The position numbers and the translations under genes are program-made. Below are positions 1-10,590 of a stretch of 63,908 nt of DNA, one piece after another (positions within the stretch are counted from its first letter, which is position 1; every line of letters starts with the position of its first letter). The DNA is from Prorocentrum cordatum (lineage: Eukaryota): assembly GCA_963575745.1 (NCBI GenBank), contig CAUYUJ010000296.1, forward strand, positions 1 through 63,908. The letters are read 5' to 3'. Under the pieces are notes generated by a model, which did no database searches, was not told where the DNA came from, and saw nothing but the letters and a program-made list of their open reading frames with translations.

Positions 1-779
1 TTACCAAAAGCTCCACGGAAACGCCTCCTACGTCGACAACCCTCAATACGCCGCCGCCGAACCGTGAGCCGTGCCGCGATTCAAGAGAGGCTGAGTCTAG
101 AGGGAGTAAACCCAGACGGAGCTCGAGCACTTCGTGCGGACTTACTCCGTACGGGCTTAGCATCCTATCAGGAGGGGCTGAGTCCAGACGGATCCAGCCC
201 AGACGGAGGCCGAGCAATCCGTGCTGACTTATTTAAATCAGAGCCCAATCGGGCTGGTACAACACTGCCGGGTGTCTGGAAGTCCGCTTGCCGCGGGAAA
301 TTACCGCCCCCCCAGCCCCGTGCGTCGAACGGTCGGGGGACGAGCTGCTGCAAAGGCTCCGTCCGCCCGAGCTGGTGCGCCGTTCCGCCTGGCTCACAGG
401 TGGCGCGACGGCGCCGGGGCGAGGGTGCGAGGGCCCAGGAGAGTCCTCCTCCTCCACCTCCTCCTCCTCTTCCTCGCCTCCCTCCTCTTCCACATTTACT
501 CAATATGAATACCACTCTCCCTCTTCCCCTGATGGCGTGCTGGGAGTAGTAGACCCCCCCCCCGCGTACTGTTTTTTACACACAGGATTCCCAGGAGTTG
601 GGTTTTCGCCTGCGTTTTTTTTCAAAATGCTGCTCTCGCTGAGGCGCCGGCCTCATTTCTGCTCCCGAATCGTTCCGAATCGTGCTCCCGCTGCAGCGTT
701 GGCCTCATTTTCGGATCGGTGTTTTGCCTCCGTCGTTCAGGATGGCGTTCTCGCCCCAGCGCGGGCCTCTTTCTCGCGC

Positions 780-979
780 GCCCATCCGCCCGCCACCACC
801 GCGCCGCACCACGCCCCGCCCGCCGCACGCACACCCACCGCCACTTCCACCCACCAACGCACGCACGCACGCACGCGCACCACCACCGCGCACCGCCACC
901 ACCACCGCACTACCCCACCCCCCACCACCACGCTACACCGCGTCACACCACATCACACGCGCGCACACACAGACACACA

Positions 980-1011
<32 letters not shown>

Positions 1012-1310
1012 CACACATACACACACACACATACACATACACACGCACACACACACACACACACGCACACACACACAGACACACACACACACACACACAC
1101 CACCGCCACCACCACCACCACCGCCATCACGCACGTACGCACCTGGCCCACCACCAAACCACCAAAACGCCACACCACGTCACACCACAGCACACGCGCA
1201 CACACGCACACACACACATACACACCACCACCACCACAACAACCACAACCACGCACACACGCACGCACGCACGCGCACCACCACCCACTACGCACACGCG
1301 CGCGGAGCCA
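780..1310. repeat. (CA)n/(CACG)n/(CAC)n compound microsatellite
   Basis: Direct reading; source of the His/Thr-rich pseudo-ORFs at 288-1396. Confidence 0.95.
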
Positions 1311-1424
1311 CAGGTCCGCTACGACACGCGTTCGCGAATAGAGAAAATCAGCGCCATGGTAAGGGATGGGAGGGAGGGGTAGGATGTCAGATGTAGACGC
1401 GAGCGCACCTAACTTGTCCCCGTC

Positions 1425-2230
1425 CCCCTCCCCCTCCCTCTCCTCCTCCTCGTCCTCCTCCTTCTCCTTCTCCTCCTCCTCCTCCTCCTCCTCCTACTCC
1501 TCTTGCTCCTGATCTTGCGCCTGATCTTGCTCCTGCTCCTCCTCCTCCTACTCTTCCTCGCCTCCCTCCTCCTCCTCCCCCTCCTCCTGCTCCTCCTGCT
1601 CCTCCTCCTCCTCGTCCTTAAGCCTGGGGCCCCTCCCCAATGTTCCCCCGATGGTTCCCGACAACTCGGGTAACACGCGGTCCACTAGCACTGCCGTGCC
1701 GACGCCCGACACTCCACCTCGCAGGCGCTTCCTGCAGGCTGGGGGCGGCGGTGATTCGCCTGCGGCGACACGGTCGCCGAGGGGCGATGATGACGACGAC
1801 GACGACGTTGACGACGACGACGATGGGTGCTTGGCATGCCGCATGCCAAACCGATTTTTGCTGCCCTTCCGAAACGTTCCCACGAGCCTTCGGCCCGAGC
1901 TGCGGGAGAAGGCAGGATGCGGCGCCGAGCTGTGCAAAACCCGCGCCGCTGCCCCGTTGGCGACGAGCCGACGCGCTCCGGGAAGCTCGGCGGCGCGGTT
2001 CCAACGGCCCCCCCGGCTCGGCTCTGCCGGGCGAATGCCCTGATAGGGGGCCTGGCAACGAATATTATCCTCCTTCTGTTTCTCCGCCTCGTCTTCTTCT
2101 CCTCCTCCTCCTCCTCCTCCTCCTCCTCATCCTCCTCCTCCTCTCCCTTCTCCTCCTCCTCCTCCTCCTCCTCCTCCTCCCCCTCCCCCTCCTCCTCCTC
2201 CTCCTCCTCCTCCTCCTCCTCCTTCTCCTT
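1425..2230. repeat. (CCT)n/(GAG)n tracts (1425-1620, 2090-2230); same class recurs at 10600-10735, 19520-19720, 20620-20990, 23270-23470, 36770-37060, 37240-37380, 45345-45490, 53380-53710, 61440-62030
   Basis: Direct reading of the trinucleotide runs. Confidence 0.95.
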
Positions 2231-2891
2231 CCAGCGGTTCTGGCCCATGCGAGAGAACGCGAGCGACGGCAAATCTGGTTCATGCTCTTGGCTCAGCCCC
2301 GCCCGCGGGGGAGCACGGGTACAGTGCCGGCGCGCGACACCTTGGAGGTGGCCAGGGGGTCTGAACTGGATGGATCTCGAAAACATCGTCCAAGAGGTGG
2401 GGGTCTGAACTGGACGCACTTTGAGAAAATCGCTTAAGAAAAGGGGATGAGGGCAACTCCGCTCAAAATCGGACCCTGGACCCTTGCCAAGGTCCATCCG
2501 GGTGCGATTTTTCATCCGGATCCGTTTTTGGTCCTGTGGCCCGAAAACGGTCCCCAGAGGCCGAACAAGATACAAACATTTTGAACCCACAACCTCGAAC
2601 CTCGCCCTCCCTTCCTGCTCGCCAGAACCAATGCTGGGCCACCCCAGACCCCCAGCCGGCTCCAAGCGACACCATCCCAGAGACAGAACCCGTAGTCGAC
2701 CAGACCTGCTGTTGCTGAGCTCGCAGAAGCGCTTTGCCTCGCTCCGCAAGGCAACAGCATGCAGCGAGTGTGAGCCACATCGGAGGGCGACCGCCACTGG
2801 CAAAAACTGACCGAGCACGCCCGTTCGTGCATGCGCGCCGCAGACGCTACCAACCGGCTTCCCTTAACCAAGGTCCTGGCTAGATCCGAAC

Positions 2892-3441
2892 TCAGACCAC
2901 CATGGACACGAGGGAGAGAGCAGATACCAGCAAACCTGCAAGCCCCATCACGAGACAGCTGACGGTGCGCCGCGGTTCCTCCACGGCCCAGGAGAGTCGT
3001 GCGGGCACCACAAAGCAGAGAGGCATAACGCAGACAGCACCGAGCAGCTCCAGCAACTTCCCCAAGTCTGGCAACGCCAAGGCCATGCAGTAAACGCACA
3101 CAAGCAGCGCCAGCGTCAGTGCCGCGTTCTTTCCTGCTGAGAGGTCGCCGGAGTTGATGTCCAGGCAAAGGATCGCGAGGGTCAAGGTCCTCAGAGGCAG
3201 GATTATCAGCGGCGTCTTCAAAACTATGAAGCTCGCCAAAAGCGCCTGAATCGAGGTCACTACTCTGCTCTGGCCGCGCACGGCTGCAATCTGCGAGACA
3301 ACATCAGCCTCTGTGTTCTTGCCGAATGCCATGTAGCCAACAACTCCCACGGCCAAGTACAGCACCATCACGAATGCACAGGCAATGAAGGCCACCTTGG
3401 AAGCATGGGGCTTCACGCTTGGCCTCAACTCCGCATATATC
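2892..3441 (-). CDS. Amino-acid transporter (Aa_trans / SLC38-AVT family), terminal exon 3
   Basis: IYAELRP...LYLAVGVVGYMAFG...PLIILPLR...LPDLGKLLELLGAVCVMPLCFVVPA: C-terminal TM helices typical of Aa_trans; stop at 2892. The 5' boundary is inferred from protein continuity (NIAQ|IYAEL). Confidence 0.88.
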
Positions 3442-3854
3442 CGCCACCACGCCTCCTGTCGCGCTGGGGCCTGTTGGAGTGCCTCCGTTATGTCTGAGAT
3501 TGCCTCCGTAATCCGACTGGGCGCGCCCCTCCCCCGACCCTCCCACGCGTGGCACCATCGCACACGGACATATGTTTCATCGTTTCTTCGGCTTCTGCAG
3601 GGGCTCCAAACTTCGCGCCTCGCGCGGCGCGACGCGCGAAGTGCGAATCACTTCGCGCTCTCGCGCCGCCTCCCAGGGGAGGAGAGGAGGAGGAGGGATC
3701 GGAGCCGAACCGCGACGCGCGACGCGCGAATCACTTCGCGCCCTCGAAGGCGCGCCCTTGTTCTGGGGCCCCTCGTCGGGCCCCAGAACCGTCAGAGAAC
3801 TATACTCGGGGTGCATCACTGGCCCGGGGGAAAGGGGTCGGGACTTCTTTGGGG

Positions 3855-4012
3855 GGAAACGAACCTACCTCGCTTTTGACCACCCTGGCTTCCAAGAGAT
3901 ACCAAACGGTGCCAGACTGCAGCCTGTACTGGTCAGGCCGCTTGACGAGGAGGCGCGTGGTATGCTTGGTTTTGCCTGGAAGCGAAAGCGGGGTAGGTAA
4001 TTCACGCTCTGA
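3855..4012. mobile_element. ~150-bp dispersed element with internal inverted repeat (ACCTACCTCGCTTT...AAAGCGGGGTAGGT); second copy at 43565-43724
   Basis: Two closely similar copies 40 kb apart; this copy lies in transporter intron 2. Confidence 0.8.
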
Positions 4013-4760
4013 CTTCTGCAAACCAAGAACATGCCCATCGGATCTCTGGGCCTGTGACGCAGCACCCCGTCGAGGTTTGCGTTCCACACCTCTTCCATCC
4101 CGGCGATCTGGCCAAGCAGACCCCAGGACACAGCACAAATCCACAAGACGGCGCCATTCGTGTTCCACGAAGGCCCCGAAATCCCTCAGACGCGGAGAGT
4201 CTGGGCGAGTTCCTCCGACCCCAAGGAAGTTCCCAGAGGCCCCCCAATTGCCCCCAGGCGGCCCTCCAGGAGGCTCCCCGGGAGGCAGCCCGAAGACAAC
4301 GTGTTGAAGAACGGTAGGTTGCGCAACCACCCTTTCTCGCTGCAAAAGGGCCGCAGTATGCCCCAAACTCTCCCCAAAGACGTCCCCCAAAGCGGTCCCT
4401 GATGGGCACCAGGCAGCTCCGAGACAGTTTCGAGACAACCTCGCCCAAGATCCCCATGGGGCGCCCTGCAGACGGCCCAGAGACCGGGACGAGACGGCCC
4501 CGAGACAGCCCCGCGACTCTTCCAAGACGGGATGGCTCTACAGAACCTCTTCGAGAGAGCTCGGCAGAACAACCGCGCGCAAGGCGACCTTGAGCCTCTA
4601 GGGGCTGCGCTGAGCTCCCCCTGGCCACGGGAAAGTCAGTGCACAATGAAACCGCAGTGGAGCTATGACAGAACCATGGTGGGCCCATGGCAATCGCATC
4701 CAGGATCGATCTCGATGCTGGGCCTGCAGGGTGGAGGGGGTTGCCGCAGGCAGCTGGATC

Positions 4761-5006
4761 TGGGCTATGTTCATATGGCCAAACATCGCGCAGCCAAATA
4801 TAGGAAGCGCGAGAAGGACCGAGGACCACGTCGTGCCCGCCTGCACTGCTTCAGATGCAGGCAACGGCGAGGCGCTGGAGATGCCATACGCTTCCCACGT
4901 GATAAGGGCTACCACAGCGAGGATCGCGCCGGAGCAGTAGGTGGATATCCATGAGAGTCCATGCAGAGACGTTGCTAAACAAAGCGGGTAGATAGCAATC
5001 AAAATC
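4761..5006 (-). CDS. Amino-acid transporter exon 2
   Basis: ILIAIYPLCLATSLHGLSWIS...LPIFGCAMFGHMNIAQ matches the PLsl..sl..L...S and AF.cH.N motifs of Aa_trans; both boundaries are uncertain by a few codons. Confidence 0.85.
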
Positions 5007-5354
5007 CGCCACCCCCCTCAGGGAGCACCGGGCTGCAGTGATCAAGTTGCCTTGGCCAAAAAGCATGAGCACATGAGGATGGCCTGCAAATTGGCCGCTG
5101 TACAGCTCCATGCACAGAAAGGTCATACAAGCCAGTCACCGTGGACGTTTGCTGTTCTCTGTTCAGCGAGCAAGGGGTCTGACGTAGTTAGCACAAGCCA
5201 GGAAAACTGTCATTCTTGCTGAACACGCGACCCTACGAGGACCAAATGCAAGATATAACGCTCCGCTCTCTTTGGGATAACCTCCGTTACCTCCATTGTG
5301 GTCAGGGACGGGGGGGGGTAGGAGTCAAGGATGGACGGTTGCCACTGTTCTCTT

Positions 5355-5553
5355 GTTAACTGCCCCGACACGCAACACGCAACCCGTAGCGTACTGATAC
5401 GGAACTCAACACGTAGACTGAACACGTAAGTCTGACGCGATACGTTCGCCAAAACGTAGGCCGATACGCTGAGCCAACACGCAACGCATTGGCACGGACG
5501 TTGTAAGCAAGGTACGTGTTGCGTCTCAAAACGGACGTATCGAGGCAGCTAAG
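5355..5553. mobile_element. 199-bp MITE with 8-bp TSD (hAT-like) in transporter intron 1
   Basis: TIR TTAACTGCCCCGACACG / CGTATCGAGGCAGCTAA; direct repeat GTTCTCTT at 5347-5354 and 5554-5561. Confidence 0.7.
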
Positions 5554-5719
5554 GTTCTCTTTAAGCATGATTTTCGATGTTTGTACATATCTGCAAGCGA
5601 CCCAGCTCCCCCATACCTCCCTCCAGAGAGGGCAAATAGGAACCTGCAGCGGCGGCTCTTTACAACACAGATGCCTGGCGCCCGCGCGCTCCAAAGACAC
5701 GTGAACATGCAGACATACC

Positions 5720-6040
5720 TTCGGATAGCTCCAAGAGGACCTAAACGGCCTCAAGGTGGCCAAGACGGCCCCAAGCTGGCTCCGAGGGGCCCCAAGACAA
5801 ACCCAACGGCCTCCAAAGGCCCACTTACGCCCCGAAGTGCCCCCCCCCCAAGGCCCAAGCAGCTACACCGTGGCCCCCAAAGGCCCAATCATGCCCTCGA
5901 GAGCCCCCAATCTGGTTTCGACGACGGCCCCGACAGGGCCGGAACGCGGCCCAGAGGTACACCCAGGATGCCTCAGGATGGCGTGAGGCGTAACATCGCC
6001 GAGCAAATCCCCAAGATGGCCCCAAGAAAGCGTACCAAAC
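5720..6040. repeat. Degenerate CCAAGA(C/T)GGCCC-type low-complexity repeat; inverted relative at 63090-63400
   Basis: Repeated CCAAGA/GGCCCC words; the same family gives the APRRPKR-type pseudo-ORFs. Confidence 0.65.
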
Positions 6041-6106
6041 ATTCAGCCCGACGGCCCTCGGGCCATGAACCCGTCGGGGGTGGCGGCGGCAGAGGGCGAA
6101 GCTCTC

Positions 6107-6597
6107 CGCGTTGTGGCAAAGAGGCCTCGGTTGCTCAGCAAGAGCCCTGGGCTGGACGCGTGCAGCGCCTGCGAGGCCACGCTGCGGATGATGTGCGCGG
6201 AGATGAGCACGCAGGCCGTCGTGGCGAGGATCAGCAGAAGCCACAGGGCCACGTTCGTGTACCGGCTCCAGGCCCGGGGCACCGCGTGCGCGCCCTCAGA
6301 GCGCTCGATGAGGCCCCCGTAGGACGGGACGCGCAGCTGGCTGGTGCAGCGGATGAGCGACGCGTACGAGAGCTGCACGAGGCCCCCCAGCACGAGCAGC
6401 GCCGCCGGGCCGCCGAGGCAGCCGCAAAGGGCGAAGCAGTAGGGCGAGGCCACGATGCCGGTGCCCAGCATGCTCACCGCGAGAGAGGCGGCTCCTCCCA
6501 GGAAGCCCAGCCGCTCCTCGACGCCGGCCCAAGTGCCCGGCGGCTCACCGAGACATTCGTAGCCCTCCACATCAGCTTGACGCGAGGCCGTCGCCAT
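6107..6597 (-). CDS. Amino-acid transporter exon 1 (ATG at 6597)
   Basis: GFLGGAASLAVSMLGTGIVASPYCFALCG...SYGGL is the classic TM1-TM2 signature of Aa_trans; the ATG lies ~75 nt downstream of an SL relic. Confidence 0.9.
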
Positions 6598-6671
6598 GGC
6601 CGACGCCCAAACGGGCTCTGGTCTCTGCCGAGAGCAAGTCTTCCTGCCCGGGCCCGCGAGCCAAAAACAGC

Positions 6672-6693
6672 CCAGAGCCAGAATGGCTACGGA
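6672..6693 (-). promoter_or_regulatory. Relic dinoflagellate spliced leader (DinoSL), followed by a second more degenerate relic at ~6655-6671
   Basis: TCCGTAGCCATTCTGGCTCTGG = 19/22 match to DCCGTAGCCATTTTGGCTCAAG, followed by GCTGTTTTTGGCTCGCG. Confidence 0.9.
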
Positions 6694-7327
6694 CCGAATG
6701 CGATTCATTCGCAGCTCGCTCGCTGGATATAGGACTGCTCCGGCTGGGAGAGGGGGGAGGGGGGGGAGGGGAGGGAAATGGGGTGAGGGGAAAGGTGAAC
6801 GGGGGTAGGTCAGACAGTCCCACCGCCGCCAAATGTTGAGCTAAGTTGCCGGACCACTGGGCTCAGCCTGGGACCAAGACTGACTGGATCAAGCAACGAC
6901 CACACACACAGAATTTCTGGTACGGTAGCTGATGGCAAACACACGGTGACCCGGAAAGCCTCTGCAAACCGTGACGAACCAACAGGCGTGCCAGATCTGT
7001 CCGCGCCCAGTAAGCCATTCCAACCACAGACATACGCTGAATGAGGGCTCTGAAGCTCAGGGTTCAACCTGGGAGAAAGATCGACTGGATCGAAGACGAT
7101 GACGATGCTTGTCATCGTCAGCGTCATCATTATCATCGTTATTATCGTCATCGTGGCGACCGCGCAGGAAGCTTCGGGCAGCAAGGCCAGACAGAGACAG
7201 ACCACACGTCGTCCCTGGACAACTCTCGGCAAGGCGCGACGGACCGCGAGGCCGCGCCCGCGTGCCCCATCTGTCCGCACCCTGGCCAGGGACATCGCGG
7301 CTCGCCACGGCAGCCAGGGCCTGAGCA

Positions 7328-7515
7328 CGGCAAGTTCGCCTCGTGCCGACTTCGGCGTTGGTTCTTGACACCGTGGGGATCATTCAACCTTGAACGATCC
7401 GCCGTTACCGAAACGTCACATCGTTCAGCATCGACCGATTCAGAGCCGCCGGCGGCGTTTAATGTTGAACTCCGGCGACGGGGCCGCCGCAAGTCGACAC
7501 GACGCGAATCTGCCG
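7328..7515. mobile_element. 188-bp Tc1/mariner-type (TA TSD) MITE; second copy at 42007-42194
   Basis: TIR CGGCA(A/G)GT.CG..TCGTGCCGAC / GTCGACACGACGCGAA.CT.CCG; both copies are 188 bp, with TA flanks at 42005 and 42195. Confidence 0.85.
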
Positions 7516-7608
7516 TACTGCACGCTGCTCTTTTCATCCTTTCTGGGAGCGCGCACACAACAGTTCCGTGCCCTGATACTCCCGCGCAGGCGCAGTTCGC
7601 CCGCCCAG

Positions 7609-8403
7609 TCACGCCCTCGCGCTTGCCAGCACGACTCGGTCGACGAATTCTTCGTAGCTCAGCGCGCTGGACCCTGGCCGGTCGCACTGCGCCAGCAACG
7701 CCTCTCGACTGGCGCGTTCTATGCCGGGGCAGAGGGCATCGAGCAGGGCCCGCAGGTCCTCCTTGCGCATGCCGCCCTTCCCGCCCACGTCCCACGCACG
7801 GAACACCCGCTTCAGCTCTTCGGCCACGCGGTCGGGGCTCGACGTGAGGCTGACGGCGACCACGACGAGGCTCGCGTCGCCGGAGGTGGCGGGCAGCACC
7901 AGCTGCGAGCCCTCGCCGACCTTGTGGCTGAAGACGCGCAGGGTCGCGGCGGTGTCGCCCCAGCTTGGCGCCGCGGACTCCTCGTGCCAGCCCGCCTTCG
8001 GGAGCGAGTCCGGGAAGCCTCCGCTGCGCGCAGGGCGGTTCTTGTGCTTGATCTCCACGACCACGTAGGCCCGGAAGGGCGTGCTGCCGTGGAGACACAG
8101 CTTTGTGCCGCTGGAGATGATCTGGGGCCCCCTGAAGAAGGTGCCCCCCTTCATGGATGTGGGGATCCACGCCAGGCGGTTCTGGCAGTCGCTCCACACC
8201 AGCATCGTCTCCTCGATCTTCGCCCTGTCGAACTCCGTGCCCTCGCTCGTCTCGAGGGTGACGTCGAAGGCCTCCACGTCGGTCTTGGCGACCAGCATGA
8301 AGATGGCGCCGTCGTTGGCGAGCGGGGGGAGGCACAGAGGCTGGCGGGCTGCCACGCGCCGCGCTAGCACCGCCAGCCTGGACCCGGCCTTCCACTCTGG
8401 GAC
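7609..8403 (-). CDS. Four-repeat + EF-hand protein, terminal exon 6 (end of repeat 3, repeat 4, EF-hand pair)
   Basis: Acceptor CGCCAG|GTC; VPEWKAG...WSDCQNRLAWIPTSMKGGTFFRG...; EF-hands ELKRVFRAWDVGGKGGMRKEDL and CDRPGSSALSYEEF; stop at 7609. Confidence 0.88.
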   Translation of the reverse strand, partial: VPEWKAGSRLAVLARRVAARQPLCLPPLANDGAIFMLVAKTDVEAFDVTLETSEGTEFDRAKIEETMLVWSDCQNRLAWIPTSMKGGTFFRGPQIISSGTKLCLHGSTPFRAYVVVEIKHKNRPARSGGFPDSLPKAGWHEESAAPSWGDTAATLRVFSHKVGEGSQLVLPATSGDASLVVVAVSLTSSPDRVAEELKRVFRAWDVGGKGGMRKEDLRALLDALCPGIERASREALLAQCDRPGSSALSYEEFVDRVVLASARA

Positions 8404-8479
8404 CTGGCGCAGCGGGCCCCGGGAACGGCAGGGCCGTTACTCAATTTTTGTTTAGTTTTTGTTTGTTTGTTTGTTTGTT

Positions 8480-9155
8480 TGTTCCCTACCTAGGCTCTGC
8501 CTAGAAGGGTTCTTACTCTCTAGCTTAAAGGGGCCGGGCAGTGGAAAGCGCCCCGGGCGGTTCCCCCAGTCCCCGCCCCGCGGTTCCCCCAGTTGCGCCC
8601 CCTGGGTTCACCCAGCTTAGCTTAGCTTCAGTTTAGCTTCAGCTTCGCTTTAGCTTAGCTTTAGCTTAGCTTCAGCTTAGCTTTAACTTAGCTTTAGCTT
8701 AGTTTCAGCTTAGCTCTAGCTTAGCTTTAGCTTAGCTCTAGCTTAACTTCAGCTTAGCTCTAGCTTAGCTTTAGCTTAGCTCTAGCTTAGCTTTAGCTTA
8801 GCTTTAGCTTAGCTTTAGCTTAGCTCTAGATTAGCGTTAGCTTAGCTTCAGCTTAGCTCTAGCTTAACTTTAGCTTAGCTCTAGCTTAGCTTTAGCTTAG
8901 CGTTAGCTTAGCTTTAGCTTAGCTTCATCTTAGCTTCAGCTTAGCTTTTGTTTAGCTTTAGCTTAGCGTCAGCTTAGCTTCAGCTTAGCTTTAGCTTAGC
9001 TAGCTTAGCTTTAGCTTAGCTTTAGCTTAGCTTTAGCTTAGGTTTAGCTTAGCTCTAGCTTAGCTTTATCTTAGCTTTAGCTTAGCTTTACTGTTACTAC
9101 TAATGCTGCTTTCCTAGGGGCTCCAACTCCTAGGTAGGGTCGCACTGGGATAATT
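8480..9155 (+). mobile_element. Helentron/HINE (DINE-1)-like element with internal (TTAGC)n array; inverted second copy at 23903-24557
   Basis: Sub-terminal IR CCCTACCTAGG...CCTAGGTAGGG, a 5' hairpin, a conserved ~130-bp core, microsatellite 8615-9090, T-rich insertion sites and no TSD. Confidence 0.7.
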
Positions 9156-9394
9156 AGTTTGTTTCTTGGTGTATATATATAAACTGTCTCTGGAGCAAAA
9201 ACTGTACAAAGAACGGATCCTGGAGACAAAAGCAGGAACTGCTCTGGGACTGGAACTGGAGCCGCAGCCAGAACAACCGAACGGCGACGGGGCCGGGGAA
9301 GCGCTGCGCCAGAAGCAGCAACAAGAACGGCAGAACACAAGAACGATAACCAAAACGCTGCCCTGTCGTTTCCGGGGCCCACCAAGGGTCGGAC

Positions 9395-9640
9395 CTGGTC
9401 CCGCCGCTCCCAGCCGTCAGACAGCAGCGCATCGGGCAGCAGGCCCCCGCTGCGCCCAGGCCGGTTCATCAGCTCGCCCTCCACCATGGCGTACACCACG
9501 CTGGGCGCCGCGGAACGCACCGAGAACAGCGCGCCGGCCGGAGGCCCCGAGTGCGCCCCGCGCACGAGCGTGGCGCCCTTCATCCAATCTGGCACCTGCG
9601 TAAGCCGGTGGCCCTCGTCCCTCCAGGCCGACACGCCCTC
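9395..9640 (-). CDS. Four-repeat + EF-hand protein, exon 5
   Basis: EGVSAWRDEGHRLTQVPDWMKGATLVRG...GWERRDQ; acceptor CTAGAG|GAG, donor CAG|GTCC; in frame with neighbouring exons. Confidence 0.85.
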
Positions 9641-9644
9641 CTCT

Positions 9645-9770
9645 AGAAGCAGAAGAAGCGGCACAAGCATGAACTTTTGGCGCTCCGAGCGGATTTCTTG
9701 GATCTGCGCTGGGCCCCCCTCCCTGATGCGCGGAGCGCGCCAAGTGCGGCGCCGGAGGCGCCGACGGGGG
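9645..9770 (+). mobile_element. Half copy of palindromic MITE family A forming the 3' end of intron 4
   Basis: GAAGCAGAAGAAGCGGCACAAGCATGAAC...GGATTTCTTGGATCTGCGCTGGGCCCCCCTCCCTG matches one arm of the 12319-12513 element in opposite orientation. Confidence 0.8.
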
Positions 9771-9984
9771 GACCGACCGTCCTGTCATTCCTACAAGCCT
9801 GCCACGAAGTGTTCCAAGATGTTTTAAAACAGAAGCACGGTTCTCAGAACATGAACTCGATGTATGAAACCAACACGATCTCAGCCAGAAGTGTTCCAGG
9901 AACATGTCGTGCGGACCACACGAGGCTCTTAGAACACTCTCTGGTGGGCATATACCCTGAGATCCGATGTCGTGTTTTTCTCAA

Positions 9985-10110
9985 CACGGGGTCCCTGGAA
10001 GACTCGACCCATTCCCCAGGACCAGTTTTTCATCCTGAGTCGTTTTTTGACGGTCCCGAGGCCCGGTAAGGGCCCCTGGAGGCCGAAAGTGGTGACGAAC
10101 CTCCGTCGTG
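9985..10110. repeat. Dispersed repeat family B (GGTCCCTGGAAG...TGACGGTCCCG.GGCCCGG); copies at ~10770-10960 (-), 20400-20460, 23520-23625 (-), 30460-30540, 34700-34800
   Basis: Recurring degenerate ~120-bp motif seen by eye. Confidence 0.65.
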
Positions 10111-10157
10111 ACTTTTTTTCCATGCGCTGGACCTCTGGGCAAGTCGGCACGCCAGGA

Positions 10158-10159
<2 letters not shown>

Positions 10160-10253
<94 letters not shown>

Positions 10254-10285
10254 TTTTGTTTGTTTTTGTTGTTTGTTTTTTTTCC
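10160..10285. repeat. ~90-nt T homopolymer plus (TTTG)-rich tail
   Basis: Direct reading; it is poly(A) on the sense strand of intron 4. Confidence 0.95.
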
Positions 10286-10412
10286 GCGTCTGCTCTACAT
10301 GACCTTCCGCAGCCTTCGGATCACGGAGCGAACACCTGGATCATATGCTTCCAGCGCGCGGGGAAAAACGCTGCCACGGAACGCCGGGACGCTTCGCCTC
10401 TGCTCGAGACTC

Positions 10413-10590
10413 CTCCAGGGCCGCGAAGTCCAGGGCCTCGACGCGCGGCCCGCCGGGCACCAGCGCGCTGACCTCGAGGGCGGCGACCGGGGGCGCCGCC
10501 TCGGGCACGACGACCACGCACAGGGTGGCCTCGGCGCCCCGCGTGGGCGGCAGGCAGAGCCCGCAGCCCGCGCCACAGGGGCGGCTGTAC
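10413..10590 (-). CDS. Four-repeat + EF-hand protein, exon 4
   Basis: (M)YSRPCGAGCGLCLPPTRGAEATLCVVVVP...ALDFAALE; acceptor CTGAG|G, GA donor GAG|GAGT; completes repeat 2 by homology to repeats 1 and 4. Confidence 0.8.

Noticed and set aside
5581..8395. Long ORFs 5581-6732 (+), 7390-8367 (+) and 7148-8395 (-)
   Set aside because: These are antisense or off-frame shadows of the two GC3-rich real genes.
8615..9090. Telomeric repeat
   Set aside because: The unit is TTAGC, not TTTAGGG, and it is internal to a dispersed element.
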